Below are positions 40,819-49,069 of a DNA stretch of 50,768 nt, one piece after another. The notes below the pieces were generated by a model. It searched no databases. It worked only from the letters and a program-made list of their open reading frames with translations, and was not told the origin of the DNA. The translations under genes and the position numbers were made by a program. The stretch comes from Deltaproteobacteria bacterium (lineage in GTDB: Bacteria > Myxococcota_A > Polyangia > DRWM01 > JAAZOP01). Within the stretch, counting starts at the first letter, position 1; every line of letters begins with the position of its first letter. Location of the stretch: NCBI GenBank assembly GCA_016930215.1, contig JAFGHH010000090.1, forward strand, positions 1-50,768. The letters are read 5' to 3'.

Positions 40819-42642
40819 ATGACCCCGGCGCTCTCGCTCCACGCCGGCGACTGGCTCCTGATCGGCGGCTATCTCCTGCTCACCCTCGTGGTGGGCATCC
40901 TGGTCAAGGGTCGGTCGGAATCGAGCAAGGAGAGCTACTTCCTCGCCGACCGTTCGCTCCCCTGGTGGTGGGCCGGGATGTCGATCGCCGCGACCACCTT
41001 CGCCGCCGACACGCCGCTGGCGGTCACCGGGATCGTGGCCGACCGGGGCCTGTCCGGCAACTGGATCTGGCTCTCGTGGATCGGCGTCCACGCCGGCGTG
41101 GTGGTCTACTTCGCGAGCCGCTGGAGCCGAAGCGGCGTGCTGACCGACGCCGAGCTGGTCGAGCTGCGCTACTCGGGCCGCGCGGCGCTCGGTCTGCGCA
41201 CCTTCCGCGCCGTGCTCTACGGCGTGGTCTACAACGCGATCATCCTGGGCTGGGTCCTGCGGGCGATGGTCAAGATCGTGACGCCGTTCTTCCACTGGGA
41301 CGTCTGGCTGCCGGGCCCGCTGGAGTGGCTGGGCCGCATCTGGCCCGCGGACTCCGCACTCGGCTCGCCCTCCGAGGGACTGACGATCGTGGCGCTGCTC
41401 GCGGTGGTCGGGACGTACTCGACGCTGGGCGGCATCCGCGGCGTGATCCTCACCGACCTGCTGCAGCTCGGCATGGCCCTGCTGGGCAGCGTCTGGCTCG
41501 CCCTCGCCGCCTGGGACGCCGTCGGCGGCGGCGACGCCCTGCGCGCGGGCCTGGGGCGGCTGTACGGCGCGGACCACGCCTACCTCGACCTGTTCCCGAG
41601 CCTCGGCTCGGGCTGGCTGGCCGCGGCCGGGCTGGGCGCCTTCACCTTCGGGGCGTACCTGCTGGTCCAGTCCTACGCCAACGTCCCGGCCGACGGCGGC
41701 GGTTACCTGATGCAGCGACTCAACACGACGCGGACGCCCAACGAATCGCGCCGCGCGGCGCTGCTGTTCCTGGTGCTGCAGTACGTGGTCCGCACCGTCC
41801 CCTGGTTCGTCGTCGCCGTCGCCGCGCTGGTGCTGGTCCCGCTGGGCGCCGAATCCCAGGCGCTGGGCGGCGCCGGCGCGGCGGTCGGCGCCGACCGCGA
41901 GCTGGCCTACCCCGTGCTGATGGGCCACCTGCTGCCGCCGGTGGCCCTCGGACTGCTCGTGACCAGCCTGCTGGCCGCGTTCATGAGCACCGTCGACACG
42001 CACCTCAACTGGGGCGCGTCCTACGTCGTCAACGACCTGTACCTCCGGCTGCGGCCCGGAGCGTCCGCGCGGCGGCAGGTGCGCGTCGCCCGGCTGGCGG
42101 TCGCCGGCTTCGCGGCGCTGGCCGTGCTGGTCAGTTTCCGGATCGACAGCATCGAGCAGGCCTGGAAGTGGGTCGCCGCGCTCGGTGCCGCGCTCGGCGT
42201 ACCGACGGCCCTGCGCTGGCTGTGGTGGCGCGTCAACGCCGCCGGCGAGCTCGGCGCGATGGCGACCGGGCTCGGCACGGCCCTCGGGCTCTCGTTCACC
42301 GACCTGCCCTACGAGGTCTCGCTGGTCCTGACGTCCGGCGCCAGCGTCGTCGGACTCGGCGCCGGAATGCTCCTCGGGCGACCTACCGACCCGGAGCGGC
42401 TGCGACGGTTCGTCGAACGCGTGCAGCCGCGCGGGTTCTGGCCGGGCCGCCGACCGACGACGGCGTGGCGCGAGCTGGGCGGCGTCGCGCTCCGCTGGGC
42501 GGCCGTCGTGGCCGGCAGCGTGGGCCTGATGGCCGCCGTCCACCGCATCGTGTTCCTCGGACAGGCCTGGATCGCGCTGGCGCTGGCGGCGGGCGGCACG
42601 CCGCTGCTCTGGTGGGGCGCCCGCCGCGGGCGCGGGGACTGA
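40819..42642 (+). CDS. sodium:solute symporter (SSS) family transporter
   Basis: ORF 40819..42642, starting 3 nt after the preceding stop. YFLADRSLPWWWAGMSIAATTFAADTPLAVTG. Polytopic. Confidence 0.85.
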   Translation: MTPALSLHAGDWLLIGGYLLLTLVVGILVKGRSESSKESYFLADRSLPWWWAGMSIAATTFAADTPLAVTGIVADRGLSGNWIWLSWIGVHAGVVVYFASRWSRSGVLTDAELVELRYSGRAALGLRTFRAVLYGVVYNAIILGWVLRAMVKIVTPFFHWDVWLPGPLEWLGRIWPADSALGSPSEGLTIVALLAVVGTYSTLGGIRGVILTDLLQLGMALLGSVWLALAAWDAVGGGDALRAGLGRLYGADHAYLDLFPSLGSGWLAAAGLGAFTFGAYLLVQSYANVPADGGGYLMQRLNTTRTPNESRRAALLFLVLQYVVRTVPWFVVAVAALVLVPLGAESQALGGAGAAVGADRELAYPVLMGHLLPPVALGLLVTSLLAAFMSTVDTHLNWGASYVVNDLYLRLRPGASARRQVRVARLAVAGFAALAVLVSFRIDSIEQAWKWVAALGAALGVPTALRWLWWRVNAAGELGAMATGLGTALGLSFTDLPYEVSLVLTSGASVVGLGAGMLLGRPTDPERLRRFVERVQPRGFWPGRRPTTAWRELGGVALRWAAVVAGSVGLMAAVHRIVFLGQAWIALALAAGGTPLLWWGARRGRGD

Positions 42643-42648
42643 CGCCGC

Positions 42649-43665
42649 CTACGGCGGCGGGGTGACCCTGCGCAGACCCGCCGGCGTGTCCGGGTCCAGG
42701 CCGTGCGTCACCGCGACCTCGAGACAGGTCAGCTGCGAGACGAAGGCCAGCATCGCGGTCCGCGCCCACCGATCGTCCGGCAACGGCAACGGCAGCGCCG
42801 CCTCCTCGGAGTGATCGACGCCCAGCGCGAGCAGCGGCACGCGGCGGGCGAGCAAGGTCGCTTCCACCGCCCGCTTGCTCGCCAGCGGCTCGTCGATCTC
42901 GGAGAACAGCACGACCCGGTCGCGGTCGTCGCAGCCTCCGATCGGGCCGTGGAGGAACTCGGCGGTCGAGTGGGCGAAGGACGGCAGGTCGGTCGTCTGC
43001 TGGAACTTGAGGGCGGCGTCGAGCGCCCCGGCGATCGAGAATCCCCGCGACACCCAGCTGACGGTCCGCGCGCCGGCGAGGAAGCGGGCCACGGGTTCGG
43101 CCAGGTCCGCGGCCAGCACCATGTCCATCGCGTCCGCCGTCTGCAACGCCGCCTTGCGGATCGGGTAGCCGCACAGGGCGGCCGCCGCGAACAGCTGGGC
43201 GCAGAAGCTCTTGGTGGCCGGGGCGGCGCGCTCCGGTCCCGCCTCCAGCGCCAGCACGTCGTGCGCGGCCCGCGCGACGTGCGTCTCGACGTCCGCCGAT
43301 TCCGTCACGGCGACGACACGCGCCCCGCGACCCCGCAACCAGGCGGCGGCCTGGGCCACATCGGTGCTGCGTCCGGACGCGGAGAACGCCAGGACGGCGG
43401 CGTCGGACCAATCCGCCGCGGGCAGCGGCTGGGTCGCCAGCCAGGGCCGGAACTCCACGGGATGGCGCCCCGTGCGCAGGGCCCAGAGGTAGGTCGCGAA
43501 CGTCGCCGCGTTGCCCGAGCTCCCCCGACCCAGCACGACCAGGGTGCCGCGCCCGGCGAGTGCCCCGCGGCGGAGCCGCAACGCCTCGCCTTCCCAGCCC
43601 TCCGCCCGGGCCCGCAGCATCCCCGGCTGCTCGCGGATCTCCCGCGCCATCGCCTCGCCCGCCAT
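42649..43665 (-). CDS. SIS-domain sugar-phosphate isomerase/deaminase (GlmS C-terminal / GlmD / FrlB-like)
   Basis: In frame with ORF 42649..44103. Start at 43665 (MAGEAMAREIREQP), with GGGAGGGGGG upstream. GRGSSGNAATFATYL and SASGRSTDV are SIS motifs, followed by a second SIS half. Confidence 0.8.
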   Translation of the reverse strand: MAGEAMAREIREQPGMLRARAEGWEGEALRLRRGALAGRGTLVVLGRGSSGNAATFATYLWALRTGRHPVEFRPWLATQPLPAADWSDAAVLAFSASGRSTDVAQAAAWLRGRGARVVAVTESADVETHVARAAHDVLALEAGPERAAPATKSFCAQLFAAAALCGYPIRKAALQTADAMDMVLAADLAEPVARFLAGARTVSWVSRGFSIAGALDAALKFQQTTDLPSFAHSTAEFLHGPIGGCDDRDRVVLFSEIDEPLASKRAVEATLLARRVPLLALGVDHSEEAALPLPLPDDRWARTAMLAFVSQLTCLEVAVTHGLDPDTPAGLRRVTPPP

Positions 43666-43667
43666 CC

Positions 43668-44534
43668 TCAGCCCCCCTCCCTCGCCGCCGGCGGCCGGAT
43701 GTGCGCGCCCCGGTCGGCCGATGCCGGCCGGGCGCGCCAGTAGAACTCGCACGGGCGACCGTCCAGCGTGCGGCGACCGACGGCCTCCCGCATTCCGGGC
43801 GTCCCGCCGAACAGCGGCGAGAGCTGCGTGCGGTAGCACTCGAGCAGCGCCGCCTTTCTCGCAGCGCGGAACGGCAGAGCCAGGCGCGCCACCGGGACGC
43901 GCCGCAGCCGCGACAGCGCCTGGATCGGGTGGTCGCCTTCCCACGGACTCACGCCCCGACCGATCACGTAGGGGAAGTCCTCGTACCACAGGAACTGCAG
44001 GTCGGCCGCAAGGCGCAGGGCGACGCGTCCCGTGATGGCATGATCGACGTGCTGGCCGATGCCCAGCGGCACGACCAGCAGGACCCGGCCCAGCCCCAGG
44101 CACAGCCTCCGCAACAGCAGGTACAGCTCCTCGACGAACGCCGCGTCATCGATGCGCGGCTCCACCCACCGTTCCCTCGGATGCCGGTAGACCAGCTCGC
44201 CGGTCAGCGGGCTGCGTCGGTACACGCCGTCGGCGAAGCCCAGATGCACGTAGTCCGAGCCCAGCATCCGCATCGCGGCCACGTCCTCGGCCCGGCGCTT
44301 CCGCGGGCTGACGTAGCCGCGCCGCTGCGTCGACTTGCCCGACCCCTCGGGCGACGGCCGGGCGGGCGGATTGCCGCAGCAGACGCTGACCACCAGCCGC
44401 GGGACGCCCATCGCACGCAGGGCCAGCAGCAGTCCTCCGCAGCTCAGGGCCGCGTCGTCCAGATGCGGCGAGAGCACGATCACCCGCTCGAGGTCCCGCC
44501 ACTCGAACGCATCCCGGAGTTTCCCGGTCTTCAT
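43668..44534 (-). CDS. PIG-L / LmbE-family N-acetylglucosaminyl deacetylase
   Basis: In frame with ORF 43668..46013. Start at 44534 (MKTGKLRD), with GGAGGTGGA upstream. VIVLSPHLDDAALSCGG and GQHVDH metal-site motifs. Confidence 0.8.
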   Translation of the reverse strand: MKTGKLRDAFEWRDLERVIVLSPHLDDAALSCGGLLLALRAMGVPRLVVSVCCGNPPARPSPEGSGKSTQRRGYVSPRKRRAEDVAAMRMLGSDYVHLGFADGVYRRSPLTGELVYRHPRERWVEPRIDDAAFVEELYLLLRRLCLGLGRVLLVVPLGIGQHVDHAITGRVALRLAADLQFLWYEDFPYVIGRGVSPWEGDHPIQALSRLRRVPVARLALPFRAARKAALLECYRTQLSPLFGGTPGMREAVGRRTLDGRPCEFYWRARPASADRGAHIRPPAAREGG

Positions 44535-45817
44535 TCCACCTCCGCCGACACCGTCCCAACGACGGCCCGCGCCCGAGCCAGCAGTGCCGCCGCGGTCTCG
44601 CGCGACGGCACCAGCGGATTCGCCGCCATCGCTTCCAGGACCTCGTCCGGCTCCCCGGACGCCGCGGCCCGGGCGGCGGCGCGCTGGTACGCCTCCAGCC
44701 GCCCGGCCAGCAACTTGAAGGCCGGAGGCAGACCGCCCGCCCGCGGCACGCGACCCGCGGCGCCCAGCAGCACCGGCAGCTCGACCACGGTATCCTCCGC
44801 GAACGCGGGCATCGCCCCCCGGTTCGGCACGTTCAGCACGACGGGGCACGGCGACGGACTCCCCAGGGCCGTCAGCACCCGCACCGCCAGATCGCCGAAG
44901 CCCGTGCTGCCCCGGTACAAGCGCAGCCGCGGCCGCTCGCGCGCCGCTTCCTGGGCGAAATGCGCGTAGTACTCGTCCAGCCGCGCGACGATCGCGTCGG
45001 TCCTGGGGCCGCCGCGGCGGGCGCAGGCGACGAGCTCCGCCGGGGCTTCGTAGTAGGCGAGGTACGAGTTGGGCCACCAGCCCGGACACCGGGCCGCCAT
45101 CCGCCGGGCGACGGCGAATCGCAGCCGGTGTTCCTCGTCGAACCACGGCGGCGGCTCCGCCGGCGCGTCCGCGGGCAGCCCCCGGAACGGCTCGCCCCCG
45201 AACGCCACGTCCGAGTACCACGTCGCGTGGTTCAGGCCGGCGCAGGCGAACGTCCACGGGACGCCGGGACGACCGAGCGCGACGCCGAGCGCCTGGAGAT
45301 CCTCGTCCGACTGGTCGCACAGCCCGAGAACGTCGGCGAACCCCGCGTCCACGAGCGCCTGCGTCACGATGTTGGTCGGGTTGGTGTAGTTCAGCAGCAC
45401 CGCCGACGGGGCCTGCCGCTGCATCGCGCGCGCCACCCGCAGCGCTTCGGGGACCGAGCGGAGGGCGTAGAGCAGTCCACCGGGACCGACCGTCTCCTGC
45501 CCGGGGATGTCGAACTCGAGCGGCAGCGTCTCGTCCAGCCGGCGCCCGGCGAATCCGCCGGGCCGGGTGCTGTTCAGGACCGCATCCACACCGTCCACCG
45601 CCGCCTCGAGGGTCTCGACCGCGTGCACGTCGAACGGCGCGCCCGCGGCCCGTGCCAGCTTCGCTCCGAGCCGCGCCACGACCTCGAGCCTCCCCGGAGC
45701 GAGGTCGTACAGGCGGACCTCGGTCAGCGCCAGCTCCGCCCCGCGGTCCACCAGGGCCTGCAGGAGGCCCGGCGCGTAGGCGCTGCCGCCACCGAGGAGC
45801 GCCAGCTTGCGGATCAC
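44531..45817 (-). CDS. glycoside hydrolase family 4 (NAD/Mn-dependent, often 6-phospho-glycosidase)
   Basis: In frame with ORF 44531..47065. GTG start at 45817 after GGAGG. VIRKLALLGGGSAYAPGLL (Rossmann), LNYTNPTNIVTQAL, GLCDQS. The stop overlaps the next ATG (ATGA). Confidence 0.8.
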   Translation of the reverse strand: MIRKLALLGGGSAYAPGLLQALVDRGAELALTEVRLYDLAPGRLEVVARLGAKLARAAGAPFDVHAVETLEAAVDGVDAVLNSTRPGGFAGRRLDETLPLEFDIPGQETVGPGGLLYALRSVPEALRVARAMQRQAPSAVLLNYTNPTNIVTQALVDAGFADVLGLCDQSDEDLQALGVALGRPGVPWTFACAGLNHATWYSDVAFGGEPFRGLPADAPAEPPPWFDEEHRLRFAVARRMAARCPGWWPNSYLAYYEAPAELVACARRGGPRTDAIVARLDEYYAHFAQEAARERPRLRLYRGSTGFGDLAVRVLTALGSPSPCPVVLNVPNRGAMPAFAEDTVVELPVLLGAAGRVPRAGGLPPAFKLLAGRLEAYQRAAARAAASGEPDEVLEAMAANPLVPSRETAAALLARARAVVGTVSAEVE

Positions 45818-46752
45818 CGGAACCTCCGGAGGTCGGCGAAGGCCGACGCGTCCTCGGCCAGTCCGCCCCGGCGGCCGAGGACTCGCTCGGCGGACCGGCA
45901 GCCCAGCGCGACGGCGCGGGACGGCGACAGGCCTCGCAGCAGCCCGACGAGGAGTCCGGCGCAGAACGCGTCGCCGGCGCCCGTCGGATCCACGACCGCG
46001 GTCTTCCGAGCACGGCCTCGCACCGTCCGGCCGAGCAGCATTCCGCGGGCGCCCCGGGCGCCGTCGGTCACGACGACGCTCGTCGCCGCTCCGGCCAGGC
46101 GCTCGGGAGCCCGCCGCGCATCCCCGCAGGCCAACTCGGCCTCGCGGCGGCTCAGCACGAGCAGATCCCACGGGACGTCCGTCCGGCGCGCCAGCCGCCG
46201 CAACTCGGCGGGCGCCCAGCTTCCCGCCACGCTCACGCCGGCGCCGGCGACCCGCGCCCGCGCCAGCGGACCCGCCAGCAGACGCGCTTCGACCAGCCCG
46301 GCCGCATGGATCCACCGGGCCCGGGGCAGACCGGGGCAGGCCTGGAGGGTCGGAAGGCGCGCGGCGCTGAGGAACGTCCGCTCGCCCCGCCCGGAGAACA
46401 CCAGCGATACCGCCGGATCCCCCTCGACCGGCCAGGTCGCCGCCGGCAGGCCGATCCGCCGCTCGAGCATCCGCAGCGCCGCGCCGGTCGGGCCGTCTCC
46501 CGCCGGATGGGCCACGCGGGCGTCCACGCCGAGGGCCCGCGCGACGGATGCCGTGTTGAGCGCGCCGCCGGCCGTGGCCCGGACGCTCGCGACGAAGCGC
46601 TCCTCGCCCGGCCGTGGAAACCGGAACCGCGGCAGGTGCAGCTCGAAGTACGCCAGGCCCACGACGACCAGCTCGGGCCCGACAGCATGCCGGCGAGCGT
46701 CCGGCCCGTCCGCCCGTCCTCGATGCACCGCTCCGAGCGAACGCGATCCCAT
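45814..46752 (-). CDS. PfkB-family carbohydrate kinase
   Basis: ORF 45814..46752. C-terminal DPTGAGDAFCAGLL motif. The stop overlaps the GH4 GTG start (GTGA). The true start may lie downstream of 46752. Confidence 0.8.
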   Translation of the reverse strand: MGSRSLGAVHRGRADGPDARRHAVGPELVVVGLAYFELHLPRFRFPRPGEERFVASVRATAGGALNTASVARALGVDARVAHPAGDGPTGAALRMLERRIGLPAATWPVEGDPAVSLVFSGRGERTFLSAARLPTLQACPGLPRARWIHAAGLVEARLLAGPLARARVAGAGVSVAGSWAPAELRRLARRTDVPWDLLVLSRREAELACGDARRAPERLAGAATSVVVTDGARGARGMLLGRTVRGRARKTAVVDPTGAGDAFCAGLLVGLLRGLSPSRAVALGCRSAERVLGRRGGLAEDASAFADLRRFR

Positions 46753-46898
46753 CTCCTTCCGAGTACCACACGCGATCCCGACGGTCCACCGGCGAGTGCC
46801 GGGCAGGCGACGAAGGACGACCTCTCTCGGCGGTCATCCGGCACGCGGACCGATGCGGCGCGGCTTGCGCCCGCCGGCACGCGCGGTACGATGCGGGC

Positions 46899-47483
46899 AT
46901 GCGACCACGACCCGGACCCGGGAACCTCCGCGACGCGCCCGCGGCTCGTCGCCCGCTCCGTCGCATCACGGCGGCGCTGACGCTCGCCGCCCTCGCCGGC
47001 TGCGTGCCGCAGGGAACGAACGGCCCGCGGGCCGCGGACGGGGTCGCCGGGCGGCTGATCGTCACCTTCGAGGACGGACTGTCGGAGGCGTTCCGGCTGG
47101 TGCGGGCGGAGGTGGCGCGGGACGGCGTGCCGCTGTGGAACTGCCACGACCCCGAACGGTCGCTCGACGTCCGCGAGCCGATCCTGATTCACGACGGCCC
47201 GGTGGGACCCGGCGCGCACCGACTGTCGGTGTCGCTCGAGTATCGGGGCCGGGGCCACGGCGTGTTCTCGTACCTCTCGCAGTACACGTTCCGGGTCGCG
47301 TCCGCGCACGAGTTCGGCATCCCGCCGTCGGGAACGCTCGCGCTGCGGGTCGCGTCCTGGGAGCGGGGAGACCCGAACACGCCGCTCGAGGAGCGTCCGC
47401 AGGTGCGCTTCGAGGAGCAGCCGTTCCTGCTGTGGGCAGTGCAGTCGCGGACGGGCTGCCCGTGGGCGGACGACCCGCCCTGA
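46899..47483 (+). CDS. hypothetical lipoprotein
   Basis: The ATG at 46899 is in frame with ORF 46614..47483. MRPRPGPGNLRDAPAARRPLRRITAALTLAALAGC lipobox. Confidence 0.7.
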   Translation: MRPRPGPGNLRDAPAARRPLRRITAALTLAALAGCVPQGTNGPRAADGVAGRLIVTFEDGLSEAFRLVRAEVARDGVPLWNCHDPERSLDVREPILIHDGPVGPGAHRLSVSLEYRGRGHGVFSYLSQYTFRVASAHEFGIPPSGTLALRVASWERGDPNTPLEERPQVRFEEQPFLLWAVQSRTGCPWADDPP

Positions 47484-47510
47484 CCGGCGGTCGCGAGCGC
47501 AGCGGTGCGC

Positions 47511-47969
47511 TCAGGAACCCGAGCGCACCGGCCGGCCGTCCTTGCAGAGGATGATCGAGTAGGCCGTGTCCGAGTGGTACTCGTAGGTGCGATCCGCCGC
47601 CTCGAGCAGGATCAGGAAGCCCGGCGTGTTCTCCCGACGGTACTGCATCTCGGGATCGGGACAGTCCAGGCTGGTGTCGCCCCATTCGACCTCCTCCACC
47701 GAGACGATGCGGATCTCGTCGGTGGAGCCGAGGGCCATCCGCTGCTGCAGGTTTCGCAGGGCCCGGTCGACCAGCCCCTGGGCGGCGGGCGGGACGGGGG
47801 CATCACGCGGAGCGACCGGCGCGGCCTCGGCGCCGCCGTCGCCGAGCGGGCCGGCGTCCTCTCCCTCCGGCACGGGCGGCGGCATCGGCCGCGGGAACGG
47901 CGCCGGCCCGCTGCTGCACGATACCGTCCACCCGAACAGCACGGTCGCGATCCAGGCCCGTCGTGTCAT
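47511..47969 (-). CDS. small hypothetical lipoprotein
   Basis: In frame with ORF 47511..48278. Start at 47969 (MTRRAWIATVLFGWTVSC), with GGAGGGAGAGGGGA upstream. Confidence 0.7.
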   Translation of the reverse strand: MTRRAWIATVLFGWTVSCSSGPAPFPRPMPPPVPEGEDAGPLGDGGAEAAPVAPRDAPVPPAAQGLVDRALRNLQQRMALGSTDEIRIVSVEEVEWGDTSLDCPDPEMQYRRENTPGFLILLEAADRTYEYHSDTAYSIILCKDGRPVRSGS

Positions 47970-47992
47970 CGCGCTCCCCTCTCCCTCCGCGG

Positions 47993-48952
47993 CTACGGCG
48001 CGCGCTCGAGGCGCACGGCCAGGTCGCAGAAGCGCCAGCCCACGGGACTGACGTCGCGGTATTCGCTCTCGTCCGCGCCCAGCTCGAGCCACCAGCCGTT
48101 CGACGTGAGCGCCACGTCGAAGTACGGGATGTCGCCGACCTGGGTCAACACGACCGTGCCGCCGACGGACAGCTCGAGCGTCTGGGTGCGGGCCTCGGCG
48201 TCGAGGACCATCCGAACGCGGTAGGCCTCGCCGACGGTCCAGGGGCAGGCGTCGCGGAACGAAGTGTAGGAGGTCCAACCCTCACCCGGCGGGCGCTCCT
48301 CGAGGTCGACGCGGGCGAAGAACACCGACCGCGGGCGCAGCCCGGCGACGGAGGCGTCGATCTGGGCGGCGTGGCCGAGGATGTAGCGCTCGCGCGAGAG
48401 GCTCGCGTTGCGGAACAGGCCGCTGAGGATGTGGTTCAGGACGCCGCGCGCGTAGAGCTCCTCGCGCCAGCCGCCGTGCACCGTCGTGTACTCGATCTCG
48501 ATGCGCCGATAGGCCACACCACGCTCGCCGAAGTCGTACCGTTGCTTGTCGCCGGCCGTCTCGACGGTGAAGAAGCAGCCGTCGACGCGGATCGGCTCCT
48601 CGACCGCACCTCCGTCGTCGGCGGGGACGTCCGGGACGACGTCGGGAACGACGTCGCCGGTCCCGGAGTCGTCGTCCGGCGGGACGTCCGCGGGCACGTC
48701 CGGGACGACGTCGGGGGACGTCTCGGCTTCGCTCGGCGACGCGTCGCCCGGATCCGCCTCCCGAACCGCGTCATCGACCTCGGGGACGACCTCGGCATCG
48801 GCCGCGTCGGGCGCGTCGGGCGGCACGGGGGCTCCCTCGTCTCCGCAGGCGGAACAGAGGACGGCCAGCGCAGCGAGCACCGACGGCAGCCGGTGCGAAC
48901 GCCGGCAGTGGTCCCGGGGCCCGCGGGAGCGGGACGACCGAGGGTCGGACAT
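47993..48952 (-). CDS. hypothetical lipoprotein with DVPxD-type acidic linker and a beta-rich C-terminal domain
   Basis: In frame with ORF 47993..50509. Start at 48952 (MSDPRSS...LPSVLAALAVLCSAC), with AGGAGGGA upstream. Linker VVPDVPADVPPDDDSGTGDVVPDVVPDVPADD. Confidence 0.75.
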   Translation of the reverse strand: MSDPRSSRSRGPRDHCRRSHRLPSVLAALAVLCSACGDEGAPVPPDAPDAADAEVVPEVDDAVREADPGDASPSEAETSPDVVPDVPADVPPDDDSGTGDVVPDVVPDVPADDGGAVEEPIRVDGCFFTVETAGDKQRYDFGERGVAYRRIEIEYTTVHGGWREELYARGVLNHILSGLFRNASLSRERYILGHAAQIDASVAGLRPRSVFFARVDLEERPPGEGWTSYTSFRDACPWTVGEAYRVRMVLDAEARTQTLELSVGGTVVLTQVGDIPYFDVALTSNGWWLELGADESEYRDVSPVGWRFCDLAVRLERAP

Positions 48953-49069
48953 CGAGTCCCTCCTGTCTGGACAACGATACCGGACGCCGGCGTGCCGGTC
49001 CACCCGGGCGGTCCGATCCCGGCCGGGCGCCCTGGCGCGACCGGAGACGTGCGGGTATCGTTCGGGCCG

